This document shows positions 27,399-40,985 of a stretch of DNA of 64,000 nucleotides, one piece after another. Positions within the stretch are counted from its first letter, which is position 1, and each line of letters opens with the position of its first letter. A program made the position numbers and the translations under genes. A model generated the notes under the pieces. It was not told where the DNA came from and made no database searches. It worked only from the letters and a program-made list of their open reading frames with translations. Origin of the DNA: the human T2T-CHM13v2.0 reference genome, Homo sapiens; assembly GCF_009914755.1 (NCBI RefSeq), contig NC_060931.1, one strand, 5' to 3'.

Positions 27399-30300
27399 TG
27401 TGTGACCTTGTTTTCCTTTACCATTGTTTCTAGTTGCCCAGGAATCTAGTGGGAAGATGTGGCTATGGTCTGGGGCAGGATATTTTGGGAAGCCTGGTGT
27501 CCAGGGATATTAGGCAAACAAACTTTTGCATTGCACTTAATATTTCAGAAACCCAGCTGAATAGCTCTTATTTTTATGGCACTAAGAAAGTAAATCTTAA
27601 ATCTTTGCTCTTAACACCATTAAGACAAAATTATTATGAAAATTGGACAAAGTGCCTTATAGCAGCTGATATATTTAAAACATCAATGATTGTACCCTTA
27701 GCATTGTTTTATTTTTATTTTTTAAAATTATCTAAACATTGTTTCAAAGCTTGTGAAACTACTAAAAGACAAAGGATTGTAAATGTCAATGAAAGGAAAA
27801 GTAAAACAGCAAGTATTTTAGCATACGGGGGCAATCAAGTCATAAAGAAAAAGGGTTAGTAGCTCACTAGACAATAAATTATTATAAAGAAGAGCCAAGA
27901 AAAGTATTGCTTTGAAACTTTTTACTTTTAACCTTCAGCCTTACTGAAGAATTTGTTCACTATACTTTAAAAATTTATTATTCTGATCATATTTTCCTTG
28001 ATTTAAGAGTAGTGTCTTCAACATTAGCTGATATACCTACTAATAGCATCCCACGTCCTACCATCATTTCTTACATCTGACATCTTCTGCTGTTGATCCA
28101 TAGGTTAACAAAACAAAACAGAAACTACACACAGAAAGAAAAAGAAAGGGAAGAAAGAAAAAAGAAGGAAGAGAAAAAAGCAGAGACCACTTCCAGAATG
28201 ATTGTATGAGGAGCTCTGCAGACCTGCTCCCCAGCAAAACACTTATATCTAGTTAAATGATTTTTAAGCATTTAAAGTCTCTGGAAATTGTTCCCAATAA
28301 GAACAATGAGAATCTATGACACTTGAGCCATGACTCACTTCCTCTCTCCTCCATCCCCCCAACTCACTTAACAGAAGCTCCACTCTTCATGGACTTAGCC
28401 AGGAAAACACAGCTCCCTCTCCATCCAGCTCCCAGTCAAGCAATACAATGGCTCCCCAGAAGAGGCAGGCCACCAGAATTCCTCAGCCCCCATTTTGCAC
28501 AGGCTAAATTGTAGATGAGTGCAGCTGAGAGAATGGAAGCTTCTCTCCTCCACCCAGTCCCCACTCATAGGTGGAGACTACCCCAGGTGATGCAGGCTGA
28601 AATTACTGAAGCCCCAATTGCGTTTGGATCAGAGGTTCCATGCTACAACAGCAACCTGAGAAGACAAGAGGCTACTGCCACCACGCAGAGCCCTGCTCTG
28701 TAAAGCAGGAGGGCTCTGAGAGAAGCCAGCCACAGCCCCTACCCCCAGGTCTTGAGCAGTGACTCAAAGATTTTGCCCAAAGGAAGAGGTAGATCATAAG
28801 AACAGAGAGCACTGAAGCTCTCCCCCGACCCCCCAAGAAACTAACTTGATTTAAAACAGGATGTAGAGAAGTTCAAGCATAAGGGAACTCGCAAAAACAA
28901 TGGAGATTTTGGTGGTAAACAATAAAGATAATGGGATAAACTATATGCCAGCCAGTTTACCAGAGAAAACAAAACAAATAGCTAAGAAGAGTCCTTCCAC
29001 TGTCTGAACAAACCCCAAAGACTGGACTCAAAACAATCCTACAAAGGGACCCAAATTTATCTGGATCATACTGTGAAGCATTGCATACTCCAGGCATTGT
29101 AGAAAAACAATAGAAAATCAGCCAGTAATTAGTGTACCCTGACAGCTGGGTGTGATGCCAACAGAGACTGATGGCTTAGCAAAGAGATCAGGAAATGAGA
29201 AAATTAAAGAGAGGCCGGTTAAAACTTCTGTCACCCCAGATGACTGACTGTACATGTACCTAAGGCTGTGCCCTCTGAGGAGTGAAATCAGAGGCTTCAC
29301 ATTATGGGGAAATACACTTCACAAAATAGTCAAGCAAAGTCACTAAACAAATAAGCCAAAAACAACAAGAAGCCTTGGCCAGGAGTAAGGAGTACGTGGA
29401 GGGGAGGGCAGCATCAGTATCCAGAGTTGCTCCAATATATTATCTAAAATATGTTATCTAAAATGATCAGCTTTTAACAACAAAGCATTATGAGACATGC
29501 AAAGAAACAGAAAAGTATAACCCACAGAATAAAAAAACCCGGCAACAAAAACTCTGTGAGAGGGCCCAGATGGGGGAATTAACAGAGACATCAAAGCAGC
29601 TGTTATAAATATGGTCAAAGTACTAAAGGAAACTATGCTTAAAGAAGTGAATAAGGTTATGACAATGTCCACTCAAATAGAGAATATTAATATAAAAACA
29701 GAAAGTATTTTTTAAAAGAACCAAATGGAAATTCTGGAGTTGAGAAATATAATAACTAAAATGAAGAATTTGCTAGAGGAGCTGAGTAGTGGATTTGAAC
29801 TGGAAGAAGAAAAAATCAGCAAACTTGAATACAGATCAATAAAGATTATGCAATTTGAAAAGCAGAGAGAAAAAAAGCAGAAAGAAAAATGAACAGAGCC
29901 TCAGAGAAATGTGTGACATTATTAAGTGTACCAAATATGCAAAATGGGAGTAACTGAAGGAGGAAGAGAGAGAAGAAAACAGAAAAAAAAATCTAAGAAA
30001 TAATGCCTGAAAACTTCCCAAATATGATGGAAAACATTAATCCACATGTTCAAGAAGCTCAACAAGCTTCAATTAGGAGAAACAAAAACAGATTTAACCC
30101 AGACACATCATCTTAAAAATGTTGAAAGCCAAAGACATAAAGAAAATATTGAAATCACCGAGAGAAAAATACTAGTCACATACAAGGGAACCCCAATGAG
30201 ATTAACAATTGACTTTTCATCAGAAATAATGGAGGCCAGAGGCACTGAGATAACATATTTAAAGTGCTGAAAGAAAAAAAACTGTCAAGCAAGAATCTTA

Positions 30301-30574
30301 TATCCAGCAATATTGTTTTTTTAAAAATGAAAGTAAAATAAAACCATTCTTAGATAAACAAAAACTAAGAGAATTCCTTGCTGGCATGCCACCTCACAAA
30401 AAATAGCAAAATAAATTCTTTAGGCTGAAAGCAAATGGCCTAGACAGTAACTTAAACCCACAAACAAAATTTAAAGAGCACCAATGTAGATAATTTTGTA
30501 ATTATAAAAACAATAGTGTAAATGCATATTTCTTCTTCTTTCTTTACTTAACTAATTTTAAAAGCAATTGTGGG

Positions 30575-30577
<3 letters not shown>

Positions 30578-30626
<49 letters not shown>
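30578..30626. repeat. (TG)n microsatellite, ~24 units
   Basis: Seen directly. Confidence 0.95.
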
Positions 30627-30628
<2 letters not shown>

Positions 30629-31101
30629 AAAATTGTATTGTTGGGTCTACACATATAGAAATGTATTTATTTTACAATAATAGCACAAAACCAGTAGGTG
30701 GGAGCAAAGCTGCACTGGAATAAGGAAATATCAGCTGATGGTAACTTGAATCCACAGGTACAATAAAAAGAGCCAAAAATGATAAATAAGAAGGTTAATA
30801 TAACAAAATCTATAAATACATACTTGCTTTCCTTTCTTCTCTCAGCTTCTTTAAAAGGTACAGAATTCCATAAAGTAATAGTTATAACTATGTTATTTTG
30901 GGTTTGCAACATATATAGATATAATATGTATAACAATAATGACACAAAAGGAGAACAGAATATAGAGCTATACAAAAGCAGCATTTCTATAACTCGTTGG
31001 AATTAAGTTAGTATAATCTGAAGCAGATTCTGATAAGTTAAAATGTGTATGGTAAGGCCTAGAGCAACCACTAAGAAAATAACTAAAAAAAAAAATACAG
31101 A

Positions 31102-34052
31102 TAAATGAGATTAACCAAGAAAAGAAGAGAGACTATCCAAATAAGCTCAATTAGAAATGAAACTGGAGATATTACAACCAATACCACAGAAATACAAAAA
31201 TCATTCAAGGCTACTATGAATAGCTTTACACACACAAACTAGAGAATCTAGAGGAAATAGATAAATTCCTGGGAACATACAACTCTCCTAGAATAAATCA
31301 GGAAGAAATATAAACCCTGATCGGACCAATAACAAGTAGTGAGATTTCAACAGTAATAAAAAAAATTTCCAACAACAACAAAAGTTCAGGACTAGATGGA
31401 TTCACAGCTGAATTCTATCAGACATTCAAAGAAGAATCAGTACCAATCCTACAGAAACTTTTCAAAAGATACAGAAAGAGGGAATCCTCCCTAAATCATT
31501 CTATGAAGCCAGTATCACCCGAATACCAAAACCAGGAAAGGACATAACAAAAAAAGAAAACTACAGACCAATATCCCTGATGAACATAGAGGCAAAAATC
31601 CTCAACAAAAATACTAGCTAACCAAATCCAACAGCATATCAAAAAGATAATCCACCATGATCAAATGGGTTTCATCCCAAGGATGCAGGGAATGTTTAGC
31701 ATACTCAAGTCAATAAATGTGATCTATCACATAAACAGAATTAAAAACAAAAATCATCTGATCATCTCAATAGATGCAGAAAATAATTTTATAAAATCCG
31801 GCATTGCTTTATGATAAAAACCATTAACAAAATAGGCATAAAAGGGACTTACCTCAAAGTAATAAAAGCCGTATATGACAAACCCACAGTCAACACCATA
31901 CTGAATGGGGAAAAGTTGAAAGCATTCCCCCGATAAATGGAATAAGACAAGTATGCCCACTTTCACCACTTCTATTTAACATAGTACTAAAAGTCCTCGC
32001 CAGAGCAATCAGACAAGAGAAAAAATAAAGGGGATCCAAATTGGAAAATAGGAAGTCAAATTGTCGCTGTTCACCAATGATATGATCATGTACCTAGAAA
32101 ACCCTAAAGACTCATCCAAAAACCTCCTAGATCTGATAAACAAATTCAGTGAAGTCTCAAATTACAAAATCAATGTACACAAATCAGTAGCACTGCTATA
32201 CAGCAGCAACAACCAAGCTGAAAATCAAATCAAGAACTCAATCCCTTTTATAACAGCTGTAAAAATAAAATACTTAGGAATGTACTTACCCAAGAAAGTG
32301 AAAGATTTCTACAAAGAAAACTACAAAACACTGCTTAAAGAAATCATAGATGACACAAAAAAATGGAAACACATCCCACACTCATGGATGGAAAGAATCA
32401 ATATTGTGAAAATGACCGTATTGCCCAAAGCAATCTACAGGTTCAGTGCAATTCCTATCAAAATTCCATCATCATTCTTCATGGAACTAGAAAAAACAAA
32501 TCTAAAATTTATATGGAACCAAAAAAGAGCCCACATTGCCAAAGCAATACTAAGCAACAACAACAACAAAAAATCAGGAGGCATTACATTACCCAACATC
32601 AAATTATCCTGCAAGGCTATAGTTACCAAAATAGCATGATACTGGTATAAAAATAGGCAGGTATACCCACGTATACCAATGGAGCAGAATAGAGAACCCA
32701 GAAATAAAGCCAAATACTTATAGCCAACTGATCTTTGGCAAAGCATACAAAAACATAAACTGGGAAAAAAGAAACACCCTATTCAATAAATGGTGCTAGG
32801 AAAACTGGCAAGCTACATGTAGAAGAATAAAACTGGATCCCCATCTCTCACCTTATTCAAAAATCAACTCAAGATGGATCGAAGACTTAAATCTAAGACC
32901 TGAAACAATAAAAATTCTAGAAGATAGCATTGGGAAAACTCTTCTAGACATTGGCTTAAGCAAAGAATTCATGACTAAGACCCCAAAAGCAAATGCAACA
33001 AAAACAAAAATAAATAAATGGGACTTAATTAAACTAAAAAGCTTCTGTACAGCAAAAAATAATAATAATAATAGTCAGCAGCAGAGTAAACAGACAACCC
33101 AGAGAGTGGGAGAAAATATTTGCAAACGGTGCATCTGACAAAGGACTACTATTCAGAATCTACGAGAACTCAAACAAATCAGTAAGAAAAATTAAATAAT
33201 CCCATCAAAAAGTGGGCAAAGGACATGAATAGACATGTCTCAAAATAAGATATACAAACAGCCAACAATCATGAAAATATGCTCAATGTCACTAATCATC
33301 AGGGAAATGCAAATTAAAGCCACAGTGAGGTACCACCTTACTCCTACAAGAATGGCCATAATTAAAAAGTCAAAACACAATAGATGTTCACATGGATGTG
33401 GTGATAAAGGAACACTTTTACACTGCTGGTGAGAATATAAATTAGTACAATCACTATGGAAAACAGTAAGAAGATTCCTTAAAGAACTAAAAGTAGAACT
33501 GCCATTTGATTCAGCAATCCCACTACTGGGTATCTACCCAAAGGAAACAAAAAAGTCACTATATGAAAAAAACATATGCACATGCATGATTATAGCAACA
33601 CAACTTGCAATTGCAGAGAAATGGAACCATCCTAAGTGCGCATCGACCAACAAGTGGATAAAGAAAATGTGGTATATCTACACCAAGGAACACTACTCAG
33701 CCATAAAAATGAATGAAATAATGTCTTTTGCAGCAACCTGGAAGGAGCTGGAGGCCATTACTCTAAGTGAAATAACTCAGGAATGGAAAACCAAATGCCA
33801 TTTGTTCTCACTTATAAGTGGTAGCTAAGCTATGAGGATTCAAAGGAATAAGAATGATATGATGGACTTTGGGGACTTGGGAGAGAAGGTTGAGAGGAGG
33901 ATGAGGGATAAAAGACTACCTGTTGGGTAGTGTACACTGCTCGGGTGATGGGTGTGCTAAAATCTCAGAAATCACTGCTAAACGTATTCATGTAACCAAA
34001 AACCACCTGTACCCCCAAAAACTATTGAAATTAAAAAATAAGAAAAAGAAAA
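31102..34052 (+). mobile_element. 5'-truncated L1PB-like element (RT to 3' UTR), inactive
   Basis: ORF 32061-32639 ([28 protein letters not shown]...) is L1 ORF2 RT with a degenerate FADD motif. Multiple stops; L1PB-type 3' UTR; ATACAGA on both flanks. Confidence 0.9.
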
Positions 34053-34724
34053 ATATACAGACAAAAAAATTAATGGAATTAAAGTGTTACATTAGAAAAT
34101 ATTCACTTAATCCAAAAGAAAGCAATAAAGGAGGAATACAGGAAACAAAAGACATACAGAAAACAAATAGCAAAATGGCAGATATAAATCCAACTATATC
34201 AATAACAATGTTCAATGTTAAGGCATTAAACAATTTAATCAAAAGGCAGAGATTATCAAACTGGACACAAAAGCAAGATCTAACTATATTTTGTCTATAT
34301 GAGATGAATCTTAGATTCAAAATTATAAATAGGCCAAAAGGCAAAGGATGGGAAAAGATATATCATACAAAAGTTACCATAAGAAAGCTGGAGTAGCTAT
34401 ACTAGTATTAGACAAAATAGACATTAAAACAAAAATGTTACTCAAGATAAAGAACATTTTACAATAACAAAAGGAGTTAATCCATCAGGGAAATATAATA
34501 ATCATAAACATAAATGCACCTAATAACAGAGCTCTAAAATACATAAAACTAAACTAAAATAATTGAAAAGAGAAATAGACAATGTAAAAATAATAGTTAG
34601 GGACTTCAATTCCCTATTTTCAGTAAAGAACAGAACAACTAGGAAGGAGATCAACAAGACTACAGAAGACTGTTTATAAGCTAACTAGACCTAACAAATG
34701 TCCACAGAATACCCCACCCAATGA

Positions 34725-35086
<362 letters not shown>

Positions 35087-36002
35087 TGGATCAACCATTT
35101 TCTAGGCCACAAAAGAAGCCTCAATAAATTTCTGAGGGTTAAAATCATATAACATATGTTTTCTGACCACATGAAATAAAAGAAATCAATACAAAAAGAA
35201 ATTTGAGAAATTCACAATAAGTTGAAATTAAACAACATATTCCCTAAATAACAATGGGTCAAAGAAGAAATCCCAAGAGAAATTAGAAAATCTTTGACAT
35301 GAATGAAAATGAAGACACAATATATAAGACACAGTATAGGATGCAACTAAAGCAGTGCTTAGAAGAAAATTTATATCTATAAATAACTATGTTAAAAAAG
35401 AAGAAATTTTCTATCACTAAACTAACCTTCCACCTTAAAACACTAGAAGAGCAAACTCAGCGTAAAGCAAGCAGAAGAAAAGAAATAATAAAGATTAAAA
35501 CAGAGATAAAGAGAACAGAAAAAAATAGAGAGCATCAATAATACCAAAAGTTAGTTCTTTGAAAAAAAATCAACAAAATGGACAAATCTTTAGCTAGATT
35601 GATGAAAGCTAGAGAGAAAGGCTCAAACTGTCAAAATCAGAAATGAAAAAGGGGACATTACTACATTACTACTGTTATGTGATGAAATGTGTCTCCCCCG
35701 ATAAAAACAAAACTTATATATTGAAGTCCTAACCCCCAGTTCTTCAGAATGTGACTGTATTTGGACGCAGGACCTTGAAAGAGGTAATTAAGGTAAGTGA
35801 GGTAATTTGGGAGGACCTAATCCAAAATAATTGGTGTCCTTATTAAAAAAAAAAAGATTAAGACATAGACAATGCACAGCGTGAAGTTCACAGAGAGGAG
35901 ATGGTCATCTACAAGCCAAGGAGAGAGGCCTGAGAAGAAATTAATTTCCAAGGACTTAATCTTAGACTTCTAGACTCCAGAATCATGAGAAAATACATTT
36001 CT

Positions 36003-36785
36003 TTCTTTTTTTTTTAGTTGAGACAGAGTCTTGCTCTGTCACCCAGGTTGGAGTGCTGTGGCGTGATCTCAGCTCACTCCAACCTCCGCCTCCCAGGTGT
36101 CTCATGCGTCAGTGTGAAGAGACCACCAAACAGGCTTTGTGTGAGTAACAAGGCTGTTTATTTCACCTGGGTGCAGGCGGGCTGAGTCTGAAAAGACAGT
36201 CAGCAAAGGGTGGTGGGATTATCATTGGTTCTTATAGGTTTTGGGATAGGAGGTGGAGTTAAGAGCAATGTTTTAGGGGCAGGGATGGATCTCACAAAGT
36301 ACATTCTCAAGGGTGGGGACAATTACAAAGAAACTTCTTAAGGGTGGGGGAGATTATAAAGAACCTTCTTAAGGGTGGGGGAGATTACAAAGTACATTGA
36401 TCAATTACGGTGGGGCAGAAACAAATCACAATGGTGGAATGTCATCAGTTAAGGCTATTTTCACTTTTGTGGATCTTCATTTGCTTCAGGCCATCTGGAT
36501 GTATACGTGCAGGTCACTGGGGATATGATGGCTTAGCTTGGGCTCAGAGGCCTGACACCAGGTTCAAGCAATTCCCCTGCCTCAGCCTCCCAAGTAGCTG
36601 GGATTACAGGCATGTGCCACCACACCCAGCTAATTTTTGGGGTTTTTTTTGTTTTTTTTTTTTTGAGTAGAGACAGGATTTCACCATGTTGGCCAGGCTG
36701 GTCTCAAACTCCTGACCTCAAGTGATCTGCCCACCTCAGCCTCCCAAAGTGCTAGGATTACAGGCGTGAACCACTGCACCTGGCC
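36003..36785 (-). mobile_element. AluS, split by LTR7
   Basis: Alu halves at 36003-36097 and 36558-36785; TSD AGAAAATA(C/A)ATTTCT. Confidence 0.9.
36098..36557 (-). mobile_element. HERV-H solo LTR (LTR7 family)
   Basis: Minus strand reads TGTCAGGCCTCTGAGCCCAAGCTAAGCCATCATATCCCC...GCCTGTTTGGTGGTCTCTTCACAC..CA. TG...CA ends and 5 bp TSD CCAGG. Confidence 0.93.
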
Positions 36786-36952
36786 AGAAAATAAATTTCT
36801 ATTGTTTAAGCCACCCAATCTGTGATACTTTGTTATGGAGGTCCTAGCAACTAATGCACCAACTTTTCAGAAATAAAAATGATTATAAAACGATACTCTA
36901 TGCCAGCAAATTAGACAACTTAGAAGAAATGAACATATTTCTAGAAAGACAC

Positions 36953-37478
36953 TGCCAAGACCAGCTCGGTCGGGGAGACCCTAACCCAGTGGTACTAGAA
37001 GAATTAAAGACACACACACAAAAACATAGAGGTATGAAGTGGGAAATCAGGGATCTCATAGCCTTCAGAGCTGAGAACCCCAAACAGAGTTTACCCACGT
37101 ATTGATTAACAGCAAGCCAGTCATTAGCTTTGTTTCTATAGATATTAGATTAACTAAAAGTATTCCTTATGGGAAACGGGATTAACTAAAGGTATCCCTT
37201 ATGGGAAAGGAAGGGATGGGTCTGGCTTGTTATCTGCAGCAGGAGCATGTCCCTAAGGCCCAGATCTCTCATGCTATTGTTTGTGGTTTAAGAATGCCTT
37301 TAAGCGGTTTTCTGCCCTGGGTGGGCCAGGTGTACCTTGCCCTCATTCTGGTAAACCCACAACCTTCCAGCGTGGGCATTATGGCTATCATGAACATGTC
37401 ACAGTGCTGCAGACATTTTGTTTATGGCCAGTTTTGGGGCCAGCTTATGGCCAGATTTTGGGGGGCCTGTTCCCAACA
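36953..37478 (-). mobile_element. MER9 solo LTR (HERV-K9/HML-3)
   Basis: Minus strand begins TGTTGGGAACAGGCCCCCCAAAATCTGGCCATAA and ends GAGCTGGTCTTGGCA; TSD GACAC. Confidence 0.88.
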
Positions 37479-37781
37479 GACACAACTACTGAAGGTGACT
37501 CAAGAAGAAACAGAAAATCTGAATGGACCTATAACAAGTAAAGAGAATGAATTAGTCATGTTAAATTTCCCACAAAGGAAGGCCCAGATCCAGATGGCTT
37601 CAAATGGTGAATTCTACCAAATTCTAAAGTAGAATTAAGATCAATCTTTTACAAACACTTCCAAAAAATAAAAGAGAAGAGAGTATTTCTCAACTTATTC
37701 TATGGGGCCAGTATTATCCTACACCAAAACCAGACAAAGACATCACAAGAAATGAAAACTACACATCAATATCTCTTATGA

Positions 37782-37930
37782 GGCCAGTCACAGTGGCTCA
37801 TGCCTATATCCCAGCACTTTGGGAGGCCGAGGAGGATCACTTGAGGCCAGGAGTTTGAAGCTGCAGTGAGCTATGATTGCACCATTGCACTCCACCCTGG
37901 GTGGCAGAGTGAGACCCTGTCTCTATAAAA
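37782..37930 (+). mobile_element. Alu monomer (FAM/FRAM-like or internally deleted AluJ)
   Basis: A left-arm start runs directly into right-arm GCTGCAGTGAGCTATGAT...GAGACCCTGTCTC. Confidence 0.75.
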
Positions 37931-38288
37931 TATATGTATTATATTTTATAATAGATATAAATGTTATATATAGAGAGAGAGATCTTATTAATATAGGTAC
38001 AAAAATCCTCAACAAAATACCAGCAAACAAAATTCAGCAGTATATAAAAAGGATTACACACCCGGACTAGCTGGGATTTATCCTAGGAATGCAAAGTTGG
38101 TTTAACATCCAAAGTTCAACTAATTTAATACATCATATCAGTAGAATAAAGGACAAAACCCACATGATCATTTCAATGGATTCAGTAAAACATTAAGTAA
38201 ATTCAATACCCTGTCATGATGAAAACACTGAACAAACTAGGAATAGAAGAAACCTTCATCAACCTGATAAAGGGAATCCACCAAAAAA

Positions 38289-38322
<34 letters not shown>

Positions 38323-38432
38323 CTGAGATCATACTTAATGAGGAAAGACTGAATGCTTTCCTGCTAAGATCAGAAATAAGATAAAAATATCTACTTTTAT
38401 CACTTCTATTCAACATTGTCCCAGAGGTCCTA

Positions 38433-38836
<404 letters not shown>

Positions 38837-39040
38837 TTGAAATACCTAGAATTAGGGTATGATTTCTTCACTATTACACCAAAAATACAAGCAACTAAAG
38901 AAAAAATAGATACATTTGACTTCATCAACATTAAAAATGTTTGCACTTCAAAGGACATTATCAAGAAAGTGAAAGGACAACAACAAGAATGGCAGCAAAT
39001 ATTTATAAATTTATATACCTGGTAAGAGTCTAGTGTCCAC

Positions 39041-39077
<37 letters not shown>

Positions 39078-39305
39078 CAATAATAAAAAGACAACCCAAT
39101 TAAAGATGGGCAAAGCATTTGAATAGACATTTCTCCAAAGAAGATAAACAAATTGCCAATAAGCACATGAAAAGATGCTCAACATGACCAGTCATTAGAG
39201 AAATGCAAACCAAAACCACAGAGCAATGCCATTTCCCATTACTAGGAAGGCTATAATGAAAAAGATAAGACAATAACAAGTGTTGTTAAGAATGTAGAGA
39301 AATTA

Positions 39306-39636
<331 letters not shown>

Positions 39637-39896
39637 TCATACATGCTGGTGAGAATGTAAAATGGTACCACCTTTTTACTACTTTCTGTAGGTTCGTGAT
39701 TGCTTAGGGCTGAGGGGACTTGGGGGGAAATTGGGAGTAATTGCCAATGGGTACAGGGTTACTTTGGGGAATGTTAAAAATGTTCTAAAATTCAGATTGT
39801 TGCACAACCTCTGTTAATATATTAGAAACCATTGAACTGCACAGGCTAAATGGATGAATTGTAAGGTATGTAAATTATAACTCGATAAATCTGTAA

Positions 39897-39906
39897 ATAG
39901 ATAGAT

Positions 39907-39964
<58 letters not shown>

Positions 39965-39966
39965 TA
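39897..39966. repeat. (GATA)n(GACA)n tetranucleotide STR
   Basis: Seen directly; sits at the tail position of the old L1. Confidence 0.95.
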
Positions 39967-39970
39967 CAAC

Positions 39971-40087
39971 ATTTTTTGAGACAGGGCCTCACTCCCACTG
40001 TCCAGGCTTGAGTGCAGTGATGCAATCTCAGCTCACTGCAGCCTTAACTTCCCAGGTTCAGGTGATCTTCCCACCTCAGCCTCCCAC
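39971..40087 (-). mobile_element. Alu right-arm fragment
   Basis: TTTTTTGAGACAGGG...CCCACCTCAGCCTCCC. Confidence 0.8.
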
Positions 40088-40478
40088 TGTTATATTTTTA
40101 AAAGCAGGGGACGGAGAGGAGGAGGGAGGAAAGCAGAAGGGAAGGTAAGGAGGAAGGAGAAAGGGAGAGAGGGAAGGAGAAGGAAAAGGGAGGGGAGGGG
40201 AAGGGAGAGGGATGAGGGTTAATTAATGAGTGGGTGACTTAGCAGGAAGTCCTGATTGACAGGTCAGGCCACTGCAGGAACAATTTATACAGCCAAGAAG
40301 TAATTGAACAGATTTAGATTTGACCACAAACCTGAGCAGACACCTGAATTCTCACTGTTATGGTAGCTCATTAAAAAGAATGAGAAAAAGGCAATAGATG
40401 ATTGAATGGGACTTTTTCAGTGTCTATCAGTTTTTTCTAAAGCCCAAAGCTGAAAACATCCAGCACATAGCACTGCAA

Positions 40479-40985
40479 TGTATTTTAAGGCCTAAAATTT
40501 CATAGGCTGCCTTGACATCTCTGAGCACCATGGAGCTTCAAAGGCCTAACCGCAAGCTCCCCTGCAGTTAGGGGTTAGAGTTCTCCAGAGGTGCCCCCAC
40601 CCCACAGAAGAGGCTCCCCATCCTCCAGTTCCCCTGTCACCCAGACCAGCTGGACTCCACCTGGCCGTCAACCTAATAGGTTTACTTACCTGCCAGCCTG
40701 TGAAATTATTCAAAAAGGCCAATCACATCCTCCCATGGGAACTGGGGTCCACCCCATCCTCTTGTCACTCCACAGCCTGCCTCCTACAGCCCTGCTACAA
40801 GTGCACCCGCCCGTGTGGCCCTGTGTGACATGCGCATCCTCCATCCCTGGGGCTGTGAGTTCATGTGACTAATGAACTGCTGTTGATCTCATCTGTCCCA
40901 TGTCGGCTGTCATATGTTGGGCCATCCCATAATATTTAAGGCAGAGGATCCCTCCCTCAGCAGTGGAGTGAAAAGGAGGCACTCA
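40479..40985 (+). mobile_element. Probable ERV LTR (LTR47-like)
   Basis: GCTGCCTTGACATCT...GGCCTAACCGCAAG and GCCAATCA, plus a degenerate poly(A) signal (AATGAACTGCTGTTGATCTCATCTGTCC). Confidence 0.45.

Larger units (their letters stand above)
35673..36858 (+). mobile_element. MLT1B-like MaLR LTR, split by an Alu
   Basis: TGTTATG...GAATGTGACTGTATTTGGA...CAAGCCAAGGAGAGAGGCC; resumes TTGTTTAAGCCACCCAATCTGTG...AACTAATGCA. Confidence 0.8.

Noticed and set aside
27434-27859. 141 aa ORF in AT-rich DNA
   Set aside because: Non-ATG start and no recognisable homology; cannot be supported as a gene or pseudogene.
32061-32639. Reverse transcriptase ORF as an active or novel RT system
   Set aside because: It is a fragment of a 5'-truncated L1 ORF2 with a mutated catalytic motif (FTND) and flanking stops.
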